A stretch of 62,606 nucleotides of DNA, taken from contig QHVJ01000149.1 in NCBI GenBank assembly GCA_003222275.1, positions 1 through 62,606 of the forward strand, in the 5' to 3' direction. Under the pieces are notes generated by a model that was given only the letters and a program-made list of their open reading frames with translations, was not told where the DNA came from and did no database searches. Within the stretch, counting starts at the first letter, position 1; every line of letters begins with the position of its first letter. Source of the stretch: Acidobacteriota bacterium (GTDB taxonomy: Bacteria > Acidobacteriota > Vicinamibacteria > Fen-336). This document shows positions 47,489-56,829 of the stretch, in pieces. A program made the position numbers and the translations under genes.

Positions 47489-48615
47489 GCGGACTCGGCC
47501 GATGCGGGGCGGCCCGCGAGCTCCAGGATCGCGCGCGCCAGCTTTTGCGCGTCGTGGCGGACCTCGGCCCCGGGCGCCAGCAAGTCGGCCACGCAGACTC
47601 GGCAGCCGAGCGCCGCGAGGGCCTCAGGTTCGATGGGCAGCGCGCCCTGGTCCGCGTAGCGCCGGCGCTCGGGATCGGCCGGCGGCGCGGCGTTGAGGAT
47701 CACGTCGTGCACGGGCAGCCCGGGCGCGTGGACGCGGAGGGCCATGAGGTGGTCCGCCGCACTGTAGCCATCCGTCTCGCCCGGCTCGGTCATGAGGTTC
47801 ATCACCAGCACCACCCGGACGCCGGAGTCGACGATGGCCTCGACCAGCCCTCGCGTGAGGAGGACGGGGATGAGGCTGGTGTACAGGCTGCCCGGCCCGA
47901 TGACGATGCAGTCCGCTCTGCGGATCGCCTCCAGCGCCTGCGGGAGCGCCGCCGCGGCCGGCTGAAGCCGGACCCTTCGGATGCGGCGGCGCACGCCGGC
48001 CACGCGTGACTCGCCCTCGATCCGAGTGCCATCCTCGAACTCTGCCTCGAGGCGGATCGGCTCTCTCGTCGCGGGCAGGACGCGACCCTGGATGGCCAGG
48101 ATCTCGCCCGCCCTCTCCACCGCCCGTTCGAACCCCGTTTCCATTTGGCTGAGCGCGGTCAGGATGAGGTTGCCCAGGCTGTGGCCGGACATCTCTCCTT
48201 GATGGTTGAATCGGAACCCGAACAGGCTGGCCAGGGTGTCCGCGCCTTCCGACAACGCGAGCAGGCAGTTTCGTACGTCGCCCGGCGCGAGCATGCCGTA
48301 CTGGCGGCGCAGACGGCCGGAGCTGCCGCCGTCGTCGGCCACCGTGACGATCGCGGTGAGCCGGTCTCGATCCGTCGCGGACAGCGGCCCCCCCGCCCCG
48401 GCCGGCGCCAGCGCCGCCTTCAGGCCCCGGAGGACCACGGGAAGCCCGGTCCCCCCGCCCAGCGCCACCAAGCGCGGCCGCGCCGGCGCCCGACCCTCCG
48501 CGAGCGTGCGGCCGCCGAGGGCCTCGAGCGACCTCAGGAATACCGGTGGCGCGGCCGAGGCCGCGCACGTCGAAGGCGTGCGCGAGGATCCGGATGGATG
48601 GGTCGAGAGAGTCAT
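47485..48615 (-). CDS. yvcK: YvcK/GlmR family protein
   Basis: LGGGTGL, VADDGGSSGRLR, PGDVRNCL, HSLGNLILTAL and IGPGSLYTS motifs. Confidence 0.9.
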   Translation of the reverse strand: MTLSTHPSGSSRTPSTCAASAAPPVFLRSLEALGGRTLAEGRAPARPRLVALGGGTGLPVVLRGLKAALAPAGAGGPLSATDRDRLTAIVTVADDGGSSGRLRRQYGMLAPGDVRNCLLALSEGADTLASLFGFRFNHQGEMSGHSLGNLILTALSQMETGFERAVERAGEILAIQGRVLPATREPIRLEAEFEDGTRIEGESRVAGVRRRIRRVRLQPAAAALPQALEAIRRADCIVIGPGSLYTSLIPVLLTRGLVEAIVDSGVRVVLVMNLMTEPGETDGYSAADHLMALRVHAPGLPVHDVILNAAPPADPERRRYADQGALPIEPEALAALGCRVCVADLLAPGAEVRHDAQKLARAILELAGRPASAESA

Positions 48616-48630
48616 GAAGCTGGCGCCGGT

Positions 48631-49209
48631 CTATGGCACGAGGACGATGTCGCCCGGGCGCAACTGGAAGTTGGCCTGGCTGGGATCGCCGCTCCGGACC
48701 TTCTCGTAGTCGAACGGGATGCGCTCGGTCTTGTCGCCGCTGGCGCGGATCACCACGACTCGGGAGCGCGAGGCGAACTCGGTGAAGCCGCCCGCCATCG
48801 CGAGCACGTCCATGACGGTGGCGGCGCTCCGGAGCTGGTAGCGGTCCGGCTTGGGCACCTGCCCGATGACCGAAACCTTGAAGCTGCGGACCTCGGTCAC
48901 CACGACGGAGACTTCCGGGTGCGGCATGTACTCGGCCAGGCGCTGCATGAGCCGCTCCCGCAGCTCCATGGGGGTGAGGCCGGCCGCGTCCACATCGTTG
49001 AGCAGCGGCAGCGAGATCCTGCCGTCGGGACGGATGGGGGCGGTCCGGCTCATCGCCTCGTTGTTCCACACCGAGACCTGGACGACGTCCTCCGGCCCGA
49101 TGCGATAGGCGGCGTCGACCGGCGTCTCGTAGCGGGAGGCGGCGGCCGGAACCCGGCTGCCGGTGCCGGCGAGCACGAACAGCGTCAACGCAAGAAGGCT
49201 CGAAGTCAT
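48631..49209 (-). CDS. Short OPX polysaccharide export protein (Poly_export + SLBB)
   Basis: YRIGPEDVVQV, RPDGRISLPL, VIGQV and LAMAGG motifs; about 193 aa; no lipobox cysteine. Confidence 0.9.
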   Translation of the reverse strand: MTSSLLALTLFVLAGTGSRVPAAASRYETPVDAAYRIGPEDVVQVSVWNNEAMSRTAPIRPDGRISLPLLNDVDAAGLTPMELRERLMQRLAEYMPHPEVSVVVTEVRSFKVSVIGQVPKPDRYQLRSAATVMDVLAMAGGFTEFASRSRVVVIRASGDKTERIPFDYEKVRSGDPSQANFQLRPGDIVLVP

Positions 49210-49237
49210 GTGTCTTCTCCCGGGCGTCGAGGTTGCC

Positions 49238-50791
49238 TCACGCCCTCGCCGCGGGCGGCGTCGCGGGAATGGAAAGGGCCGCCGGCGCCGTCTCGAACGC
49301 ACCGGCCCTGGCCGGGCCCAGCGGCGCCACCGTCTCGGACGAGGATCGAGCCCCGCCGGCCAGGCGCAGCCCCGCCACGGCGGCGCGCGCGACGATGGCT
49401 TCGGTGCGCCGGACGGCGGAGGCCGGCGTGGGCTGCGCCGACTCGCGGCCCCGCAGCACGATCTTCAGCGTCGCGAACAGGATCCCCAGGTCCAGCCAGG
49501 CCGACATGTGCTTGACGTAGTACAGGTCGTACCTCATCTTCTCGATCTCTTCCTCGAGGTCGTTGGCGTACTGGTAGCGCACCTGGGCCCAGCCGCTCAG
49601 CCCGGGTCGGACCATCGAGCGCAGGGCGTAGTAGGGGATCGTCTCGCCGCACTCGGGCGTGTTGCGCATGACCATCTCGAACAAGGGCACGTTCGAGACG
49701 GGATGGGGCCGCGGCCCCACCAGGTTCATGTCCCCCCTGACGATGTTGAAGAGCTGGGGCAGCTCGTCCAGCCGGAACCGCCTCAGCCGGCGGCCGACCC
49801 GGGTCATGCGGGCATGGTTGTCCCGAGCCCAGTGTGACGTGGTGCCGCGGGCCGGATGCATCGTACGGAACTTGATGAGCTTGAAGAGCCGCCCGCCCCG
49901 CCCGACCCGCTCCTGCACGAACAGCACGGGCCCGGGCGAATCGAGCTTGATGGCCAGCGCGATGAGAGCGAGCAGCGGCGACACCAGGACCAGGGCCAGC
50001 GCGACGAGCGGCAGGCTCAGGGCGCGCGCCAGGGCCAGGTCCAGGCGCCGGGGGCGGAAGTGCTGGCTGAAGATGAGGCTGCTGGGGGTCATCGCCTCGA
50101 TGGCGATCTTGCCCGTGAGCCTTTCGTAGACCTCCACGCCGTCCTCCACCGCGATCCCGTGCACGCGCAGCTGGAGCAGCGCCTTCAGAGGCATGCTTCC
50201 GCGCCGGGAAGCCAGGGTGACGATGACGCGGTGGGGCCCGACCTCGTCCACGATGCGGAGCACGTCCTTGAGCGAACCCAGCCGCGGACAGCCCGCCACC
50301 GGAGATCCCGAACGGTCGTCGACGACGCCCACCACTCTCTGGCGAAGGTCGGGGCGGCCATGGATCTCCGCGATCAGCTCTTGCGCGAGCGGTCCCGCGC
50401 CGATCATCAGGACCCGCTGGCGGTGGGGTGTCGCCTGCATGAGGGCCAAGACGCCCGCCCGCAGCACCAGAGCGAACCCGAGGGCGACGGGCCCGCTTCC
50501 GAGCAGCTGGATCGGCGTGATTGCGCAATGGCCGAACGCGGCGTGGACGGCCGCCGCCAGCAGCGTTCCGGCGGCGATGGCCTGCGCCAGCCGCGGCACC
50601 GCATCGCGGAAGCTCCGGACCCGGCGGAAGTCGTAGAGGTCGTAATAGGAGGCGACGGCAACGCTGACGAGGGCGATCGCGAGACCGTGTACGACCGCCG
50701 GGACGGCGCCGGGCCACTGAGGTCCGGTCAAGGCGAGCGTCGCGAGGACCGCGCCGACGACGACTGCTGCGTCCATGAAGGCCAGGATCAT
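49238..50791 (-). CDS. Priming polyprenyl-phosphate glycosyl-1-phosphate transferase (WcaJ/EpsB-like)
   Basis: IKLDSPGPV, KFRTM, RLDELPQ, VGPRP and PGLSGWAQV motifs; N-terminal TMs plus Rossmann-like region. Start at 50791 or 50797. Confidence 0.93.
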   Translation of the reverse strand: MILAFMDAAVVVGAVLATLALTGPQWPGAVPAVVHGLAIALVSVAVASYYDLYDFRRVRSFRDAVPRLAQAIAAGTLLAAAVHAAFGHCAITPIQLLGSGPVALGFALVLRAGVLALMQATPHRQRVLMIGAGPLAQELIAEIHGRPDLRQRVVGVVDDRSGSPVAGCPRLGSLKDVLRIVDEVGPHRVIVTLASRRGSMPLKALLQLRVHGIAVEDGVEVYERLTGKIAIEAMTPSSLIFSQHFRPRRLDLALARALSLPLVALALVLVSPLLALIALAIKLDSPGPVLFVQERVGRGGRLFKLIKFRTMHPARGTTSHWARDNHARMTRVGRRLRRFRLDELPQLFNIVRGDMNLVGPRPHPVSNVPLFEMVMRNTPECGETIPYYALRSMVRPGLSGWAQVRYQYANDLEEEIEKMRYDLYYVKHMSAWLDLGILFATLKIVLRGRESAQPTPASAVRRTEAIVARAAVAGLRLAGGARSSSETVAPLGPARAGAFETAPAALSIPATPPAARA

Positions 50792-51645
50792 CGCCATGAG
50801 GACCGCCGTGGTTTCTGGTCGCGCTGCCTCGAGCTCCGCCCGCCCCCCGTCTCGCGGCGGGAACGATCGTGGTAGTAGCCACCGTAGTACTTGCCGTAGT
50901 AGCCGCCCATCGGGCGGTCGTCGCCGTTGAACACGATCCCCAGCATCTTCGACTCGTCGAGCGCGCTCAGCGCCTCCCCCAGCAGCTTGCGCGGCGTGCG
51001 ATGGGCGGCCACCACGAGAAGGAAGCCGTCGATCCACTGCGACATGAGCTTGCAGTCCGGGACGAGCAGCACCGGCGGCGTGTCGAGCACCACGTATTCG
51101 TAGGCGTCGCGGGCCTGCTCCAGCAGCTGCCCGATGCGAGGAGACTCGAGCGCCTGGTACGGGTTGGCCGGCGGAGCTCCGGCGGGGAGCACGGCAAGGT
51201 TGTACGGAGTCGACTGCACCACGTCGCTCAGCTGGAGCCCCTCGTCGATGGCCGCTTCCGCCAGTCCAGGACGATCCGGGCTGAGGCCGAGGTTGGTGGC
51301 CACGAACGGCCGGCGCAGGTCGGTGTCCACGAGCAGCACCCGCGAGCCGGGCGTCTGGGCGAGCGTGGCCGCGAGATTGATGGACGTCGTGGTCTTTCCG
51401 TCGCCGGCCGCCGGGCTGGTGACGGCCAGGATGCGGAGCGGCCGGGCCCCCCGCGCCTCCGTGAGGAACTGGCGGAGGACGCGGTACTGGTCGGCCTCGA
51501 ACGACTGCGGAGAGAGCAGGCAGGCGAGGTGATCTTCCACCTCGAGCGCGGGGACGACTTCGCCGGACGTCGGAGGGGTGGAGAGGCGGTGCAACTCGAA
51601 GTCCAGGCTCACGGGACGGGGACCACGGGAGCGGGCCATGGGCAT
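50788..51645 (-). CDS. BY-kinase (CpsD/CapB-type tyrosine kinase)
   Basis: Walker A SPAAGDGKTT, LLVDTDLRRP, VLDTPP; C-terminal Tyr cluster GYYGKYYGGYY. Confidence 0.93.
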   Translation of the reverse strand: MPMARSRGPRPVSLDFELHRLSTPPTSGEVVPALEVEDHLACLLSPQSFEADQYRVLRQFLTEARGARPLRILAVTSPAAGDGKTTTSINLAATLAQTPGSRVLLVDTDLRRPFVATNLGLSPDRPGLAEAAIDEGLQLSDVVQSTPYNLAVLPAGAPPANPYQALESPRIGQLLEQARDAYEYVVLDTPPVLLVPDCKLMSQWIDGFLLVVAAHRTPRKLLGEALSALDESKMLGIVFNGDDRPMGGYYGKYYGGYYHDRSRRETGGGRSSRQRDQKPRRSSWR

Positions 51646-51646
51646 G

Positions 51647-53188
51647 TCACGAGCGGCCGCCGCGGGCCATCATGAGCACGATGCCCTCGTTCGCACGGGC
51701 CACACGGTGGACGCCGTGCGCGACGACCCCCACTGCGAGCAGGACTCCGGCGGCCGCCAGCCAGACGCGCCGATGTCGCGCGCGACGGTCGCCCGCGGTG
51801 ACGATGCGCGGGATGCTGACGAGGACGGGCACGCGCGTGAACGACCGGACGTCGTCGGCGTTGTGCAGGGACGTATCCATCCGGTCGGCGATCCAGGCGG
51901 CCGCCGCTCCCATCACGAGCGACCCGACGAACGTGGCGAACAGGAGCAGCAGACGGTTCGGAGCGGCGGGAGCCGTGGGGACGATGGCCGGGTCGAGGAT
52001 CCGCAAGGGCGACGAAGTCCGGCCGCCTCCCTCCTCCTCGAGCTGCGCTTGCTCATAACGCTTGCGCAGCGAGTCGTACAGGTCGCGCGTCGTCTGGTAG
52101 TCGCGCGTGACGGCTTGCAAGCCGCGCTGCCGGCGGGGCACGGTTTCGAGGCGCCGGATGCGTTCGGCGACCTCGGCGCGTAGCCGTCCCTCGGCGGACC
52201 TGAGCGTGCTGATCTCCGCGTCCACTTCGGCCAGGTTGTCGCGCAGGCGCGCCGATCGGCTGGCGGCGGTCGGCGCGGGCGCTCCCGGCCCCGGCTGCCC
52301 GGCCGCCTCCTTCTCGAGCGTGGCGACTTCGTCCTTGAGGCGAATGACCTCCGGGTACTTGTCGCTGTAGTGCCGCCTCAGCTCCGCCAACTCGTCCTTC
52401 TTCCTGTCCAGCCGGCCTGCCGACGGATTGGGTGCGCTCGCGGCGGAGGGCGCCGCATCCGCCGTATCCAGCTGCCGCAGCAGCTCGTTGCGCCGGTCGA
52501 CGGCCCGGAGGCGATCCTCGGTCGCGGTCCGCAGCTCACCCTGGACCCGCTCCATGTTGGCCAGGTTCGCCTCCGACTCTTGAGGCAGCTCCCCGCCGTG
52601 CTCGTCCTGGAACGCTCCCAGCGTCTGTTCCTGCTGCTGCAGGTTCGCCTTCACCTCGTCGAGCTGTGTCTTGAGCACCTGGACGGTCCCGCTCGTCTGG
52701 CGCTCACGTATCTTGCGGTCCTCTTCGAGGTAGAACGAGGCGAACGCGTTGGCCACCTTGGCCACCACCTCCGGGTCCCGGCCGCGGTAGCTGATGCCGA
52801 AAGCGATGGTGGCGCTCCCGTTCGGCGTCGGCTGGAGCTTGGACTCGGTCTGGATGTCGCGACGCATCTGGCCGACCGCCGCCTCCATGGGAGCGTGCTC
52901 GCGAAGAGCGGTGTACAGCCGGAGGCTGCCGATGACCGTTTCCAGCCGCGCCCGGCTGAGGATCTCCTGGCTGATGAGCTGCAGCCGCGACTCGACCTCG
53001 CCGGGCATGGCCGGGGTGCGGCTCTGCTCGACGATCACCGTGGCCGTCGCGCGATAGATGGAAGGAAGGCTGAACGCGAGGCTCACCCCTGCCGCCGCCG
53101 TCAACGCGAAGACGGCCAAAGCCAGCCATTTCCGCCGGTCCCATATCTCGGCAATTTGCTCGAGTGGCTGAGGTCCGTGCCCGTGCAT
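51647..53188 (-). CDS. Polysaccharide co-polymerase / chain length determinant (Wzc N-terminal part)
   Basis: Two TMs flanking coiled coil; YSDKYPEVI, ILDPAIVP..P..PNR motifs. Confidence 0.9.
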   Translation of the reverse strand: MHGHGPQPLEQIAEIWDRRKWLALAVFALTAAAGVSLAFSLPSIYRATATVIVEQSRTPAMPGEVESRLQLISQEILSRARLETVIGSLRLYTALREHAPMEAAVGQMRRDIQTESKLQPTPNGSATIAFGISYRGRDPEVVAKVANAFASFYLEEDRKIRERQTSGTVQVLKTQLDEVKANLQQQEQTLGAFQDEHGGELPQESEANLANMERVQGELRTATEDRLRAVDRRNELLRQLDTADAAPSAASAPNPSAGRLDRKKDELAELRRHYSDKYPEVIRLKDEVATLEKEAAGQPGPGAPAPTAASRSARLRDNLAEVDAEISTLRSAEGRLRAEVAERIRRLETVPRRQRGLQAVTRDYQTTRDLYDSLRKRYEQAQLEEEGGGRTSSPLRILDPAIVPTAPAAPNRLLLLFATFVGSLVMGAAAAWIADRMDTSLHNADDVRSFTRVPVLVSIPRIVTAGDRRARHRRVWLAAAGVLLAVGVVAHGVHRVARANEGIVLMMARGGRS

Positions 53189-53198
53189 GCCGTGCCTC

Positions 53199-54326
53199 TC
53201 AGTTTCCGGACGACGCCGCCACCGCCCGCAGGACGAAGGTGTTGTGCGCGATCTCCACCGTCGGCCCTCCGAGTCCCGTGACCCCGCTCTGGAAGTTGAA
53301 CTGGTGCGAGGCCGACAGGGAGAGCCGCCGGTTGAGGCGCCAGGCCACTTCCACGTCGAGGCGATAGATCTCGAACTCGGAACCCCGCCCTTCGACGCGA
53401 TTGAAGGAGGGCCCCGCGGCCAGGGTCAGCGACTCGAAGAGCTGCCGGCTCAGCGTGGCCGTCACGCCCTTGGTGATCACCGGCCCCGCCTCGCCGAGGA
53501 CGGTGGTCTGCGTGTGGACATAGGCCAGGGCCGCCTCTCCCCGCGCGAACCGGTGCCGGATGCTGGCGCTCGCCTCCGTGCCCAGCCCATGGTCGGAGAG
53601 GCGGGGACCGGCCTCGACCTCGAAGTGGTCGAGCGGGGTGATCTCGCGGGTCCAGCCCAGGGCGACGACGTGCGAGAAGACCGCATCCCCGTCGAAGTCG
53701 AAGCGCCGCGCGCTGTAGCTGACGTGGCCGCGGTCGAGCGCGCCCAGCCGCTTCTCCAGCCGAAGCACGACCGCCTCCGTGTCGTTGCGCGGCAAGCCCT
53801 CGACGACCTCATGCGTGAAGCTCGGCTCGATCGAGACCTGGGAACGGCCCCCGAGCTGCCGTGTGAGCAACTGCCGCGCGTAAAGGCGACGGGCCCGGTG
53901 CCGGCCGAGCTCCAGACCCGAGAGGAGGTTGAGCATGCCGGGCGCCTGGGCTTCGGCGTAGGACGCGGTCGTCGAGAGGGCCAGGCGTTTCGAAGGCGTC
54001 CAGGTCATCTCCAGCGAGGCATCCTGCCCGGCGAGAGCGGTGTCGAGCTCGGGATGTCGGCGGTACGACTCGGCATCGAGACGGTACTGTCCGCGGACGG
54101 TGAAGCGGGGCGACCGGCGGCCGAGGGTCAGCCGCGGGCTGAGGCGCCAGACGTTGTCCTGCTCCGGAGCATCGGCGCTGAAGAACAGGTTGTCGTCGTA
54201 CACCTCGGTGGCGGCCACCGAGGCCCCGAGTTCGAACCGCTGTTGCGCCGTCGAAGGGTCGGTAAGGAGGATCACGATCACAAGGGCCAGCCCGGCGCGC
54301 GCCGCCGGCAGGAAGGGAATGGACAT
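53199..54326 (-). CDS. Outer-membrane beta-barrel protein of the EPS export system
   Basis: Signal peptide; YDDNLF motif; alternating amphipathic strands throughout; position next to the co-polymerase. Confidence 0.75.
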   Translation of the reverse strand: MSIPFLPAARAGLALVIVILLTDPSTAQQRFELGASVAATEVYDDNLFFSADAPEQDNVWRLSPRLTLGRRSPRFTVRGQYRLDAESYRRHPELDTALAGQDASLEMTWTPSKRLALSTTASYAEAQAPGMLNLLSGLELGRHRARRLYARQLLTRQLGGRSQVSIEPSFTHEVVEGLPRNDTEAVVLRLEKRLGALDRGHVSYSARRFDFDGDAVFSHVVALGWTREITPLDHFEVEAGPRLSDHGLGTEASASIRHRFARGEAALAYVHTQTTVLGEAGPVITKGVTATLSRQLFESLTLAAGPSFNRVEGRGSEFEIYRLDVEVAWRLNRRLSLSASHQFNFQSGVTGLGGPTVEIAHNTFVLRAVAASSGN

Positions 54327-54343
54327 GGTGTAGCCGGCGCTCT

Positions 54344-54976
54344 TCAGGCCGGAACCACCTGCACGCCGTCCACTTCGACGGCCACGCTGCGCTGAAGGAT
54401 GTGGACCGAGAGCACCAGAAGACCCTTCTCGGGGCGGGCCTTCACCAGGATGCCCTCCACGTCCGCGAGAGGCCCGGAGACGATGCGCACTCGCCGCCCT
54501 TCACGAAGGTAGGGGTGGGCGAAGACCGGAACCCGCGAAGCCGCGAGCTGGCGGATCGCCTCGATCTCCGCCTCCGGCACCACCGCCAGCCGGTCCCAGC
54601 CCTCTCCCAGGATGCGCGCGAGTCCACGAGCCTTGCACACCTCGACGTGCCGCCGCTTGTCGAGCGCGTCGTTCAAGAACAGGTATCCGGGGAACATCGG
54701 GGCGTTGATGAGCCGCCGGCGGCCGGCCCGCACCGACCACACCTCGATCTGGGGCAGGAAGGGATGGAAGCCCCGGGCGGAGAGCTGGTCACAGACCAGC
54801 GGCTCGCAGTGGCTGTGCGTCCAGAGCACGTGCCAGGTCGTCTCCCGCTCGATGCTCGCGGCCGCGGCCTCCGCCGCGAGCACTCCTCTCGTCGTTTCCG
54901 GCCGCGCGACGTCCAAGGCTGTGGCAGTCAAGGCTTCGCCCCCTTCGGTTTCGATCCGCGCTTGCGCAGATCTCAA
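54344..54976 (-). CDS. NusG paralog (UpxY/RfaH/LoaP-like antiterminator)
   Basis: WHVLWT...E..V...L...G...FLP and PMFPGYLF (NGN domain); GRRVRIVSGPL..VEG (KOW). TTG start uncertain. Confidence 0.9.
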   Translation of the reverse strand: MRSAQARIETEGGEALTATALDVARPETTRGVLAAEAAAASIERETTWHVLWTHSHCEPLVCDQLSARGFHPFLPQIEVWSVRAGRRRLINAPMFPGYLFLNDALDKRRHVEVCKARGLARILGEGWDRLAVVPEAEIEAIRQLAASRVPVFAHPYLREGRRVRIVSGPLADVEGILVKARPEKGLLVLSVHILQRSVAVEVDGVQVVPA

Positions 54977-55280
54977 CCGCCAGAGAAAACGCTAGTTTGC
55001 CGGCGACGTGGTGCGTGCGCCCCCGCCAGAACGAGCGGCCGTTGCGGACGGCCCCGGACTGGCGGTTGCGGTCGACGGCGGCGTTTCTCCACCCAGGACG
55101 TCCGAGCCTCCGGCGCGCCGATACCCTCGCGCCAGCACCACCGGGCCTCGCCGATCGGCGGACCCGAGCTGCAGCCTGTCGGCCGCAGGGCGCTGGAGGG
55201 TAGAGGCGAGGAGGGCCGACGCACTCGAAGCTCGGACGTCCTCGGTAGAGAAAATCACGGCTAACACACTCCATGGTGGA
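54974..55280 (-). promoter_or_regulatory. Candidate structured 5' leader of the EPS operon
   Basis: About 300-bp gene-free gap; arm 55059-55068 is complementary to both 54974-54983 (10 bp) and 55023-55029 (7 bp). Confidence 0.4.
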
Positions 55281-55282
55281 AG

Positions 55283-56008
55283 TTAGGCCCCACGCCTCAG
55301 GCGGCAATCGGGGTCTCGTGGAATGTCGGATAGGGGATTCCCGGAAGATCGACTAGGGGAGCGCAGCCCTTCGCGCGGGACCGGCGCCGAGCCACTCTGG
55401 AGAGCGTATCGGACGAGGCCGTCCGTTTGCCGGATTCCGAGCTTTCTCATGATGTGGGCCCGATGGGACTCGGCGGTTTTCACGCTCACGCCCAGCATGC
55501 GCGCGATCTCCCGCGTCGGCCTGCCCTCCGCGATGAGCTGGAGGACCTGGTGCTCGCGCGGGCTCAAGGGGTCCGGTGGCTGCGCCGTACGCGTCCGGTA
55601 CGCCTCGACCATGCACCGCGAGAGGGCGGCGCTCAAGTACACGCCGCCCGCCGCCACGTCCCGGACGGCCCGGATGAGGTCCTTCGCTTCATGTGTCTTC
55701 TGGACGCAGCCCCGGATGCCGGCCTGGACCGCCTCGAGCATGAGCTGCTCGTCGTGCCGGCTCGTCAACAGGATGACGCTCGTGCGAGGGGAGGCCCGGT
55801 GGATCTCGCGGGCAGCGTCCAGGCCGTTGAGCAGCGGCATCACGACGTCGAGGACCGCCACGTCCGGCGCCCGCTCTCGCACGAGGATGACGGCTTCCCG
55901 CCCGTTGGACGCCTCCCCCACGACGTGGAAGCCGGCACTGGTCAGGAGCAGGCTCAGCGCCTGGCGAACGACGACGTGATCGTCGGCCAGCACCAGGCGC
56001 AGAGGCAT
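55283..56008 (-). CDS. NarL-family response regulator (orphan) 1
   Basis: LVLADDHVVV, PDVAVLDVVMP, LSPREHQVLQLIAEG and KTAESHR motifs; low-complexity C-terminal extension. Confidence 0.93.
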   Translation of the reverse strand: MPLRLVLADDHVVVRQALSLLLTSAGFHVVGEASNGREAVILVRERAPDVAVLDVVMPLLNGLDAAREIHRASPRTSVILLTSRHDEQLMLEAVQAGIRGCVQKTHEAKDLIRAVRDVAAGGVYLSAALSRCMVEAYRTRTAQPPDPLSPREHQVLQLIAEGRPTREIARMLGVSVKTAESHRAHIMRKLGIRQTDGLVRYALQSGSAPVPREGLRSPSRSSGNPLSDIPRDPDCRLRRGA

Positions 56009-56135
56009 GTCTGAGCGGCGTGAGGCCAGGACGGTCATCAGGTCATGAATGTAGGCGCGTGCGCGCACCGCGCAATCAGGCGCTCCCTGAAATCGGGATC
56101 CGGAAAACGCGTAATGTCCGGGTCGGGCGGTGAGG

Positions 56136-56768
56136 CTAGAGCTGGCTCAGGCCGCGCTGGAGTGCATATCGGACCAGTCCGGCCGTCTCGCTGATGCCCA
56201 GCTTCTTGGTGATGTGCGTGCGGTGGGACTCCGCCGTCTTCACGCTCACGCCGAGAAGCTCGGCGATCTCCCGCGTTCGCTTGCCTTCCGCGATGAGCTG
56301 CAGCACTTGCCGCTCGCGCATGCTGAGGGGGTCGGCCGGCGTTGCGGTACGGGCTCGGTAGGCGTCCACCAGCGACCGGGACATGCGGGAGCTCAGGTAG
56401 ACACCTCCCGCCACGACGTCCCGGATGGCCCGGATGAGATCCTCGCCGTCGTAGGTCTTGAGGACGCAAGCCCGAATGCCCGCCTGCAGCGCCTCCAGGA
56501 CGAGCTGCTCGTCGTGCCGGCTGGTCAACAGTATCGTCTTCGTGCGCGGGGAGACCTGGTGGATCTCGCGGCCGGCGTCGAGGCCATTCAGGAGCGGCAT
56601 CATGACGTCGAGGACGGCCACGTCGGGCTGCAGGTCCCGCGCCAGCCGGACCACCTCGTGGCCGTCCGATGCCTCCCCGACCACGTCGAAACCGGCCCCG
56701 GCGAGGAGCAGGGAGAGCCCCTGCCGCACGATTACGTGGTCATCGGCGAGGACGACGCGCACGAGCAT
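56136..56768 (-). CDS. NarL-family response regulator (orphan) 2
   Basis: VVLADDHVIV, PDVAVLDVMMP, LSMRERQVLQLIAEG; close paralog of 55283..56008. Confidence 0.93.
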   Translation of the reverse strand: MLVRVVLADDHVIVRQGLSLLLAGAGFDVVGEASDGHEVVRLARDLQPDVAVLDVMMPLLNGLDAGREIHQVSPRTKTILLTSRHDEQLVLEALQAGIRACVLKTYDGEDLIRAIRDVVAGGVYLSSRMSRSLVDAYRARTATPADPLSMRERQVLQLIAEGKRTREIAELLGVSVKTAESHRTHITKKLGISETAGLVRYALQRGLSQL

Positions 56769-56783
56769 ACGCAGCAACCGAGA

Positions 56784-56799
56784 GGCAAGACTCGTGCCG
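56784..56799 (-). promoter_or_regulatory. Sigma-54 (-24/-12) promoter candidate
   Basis: Minus strand CGGCACGAGTCTTGCC: GG-N10-GC with GGCACG and TTGC. It predicts only a very short leader before ATG 56768. Confidence 0.6.
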
Positions 56800-56815
56800 C
56801 CGCCGCTCGGTGGCG

Positions 56816-56821
56816 TACAAT
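56816..56821 (+). promoter_or_regulatory. Possible sigma-70 -10 element giving a leaderless ntrC-type transcript
   Basis: TACAAT 8 nt before ATG 56830; no clear -35 seen. Confidence 0.3.
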
Positions 56822-56829
56822 TCGGGTAC

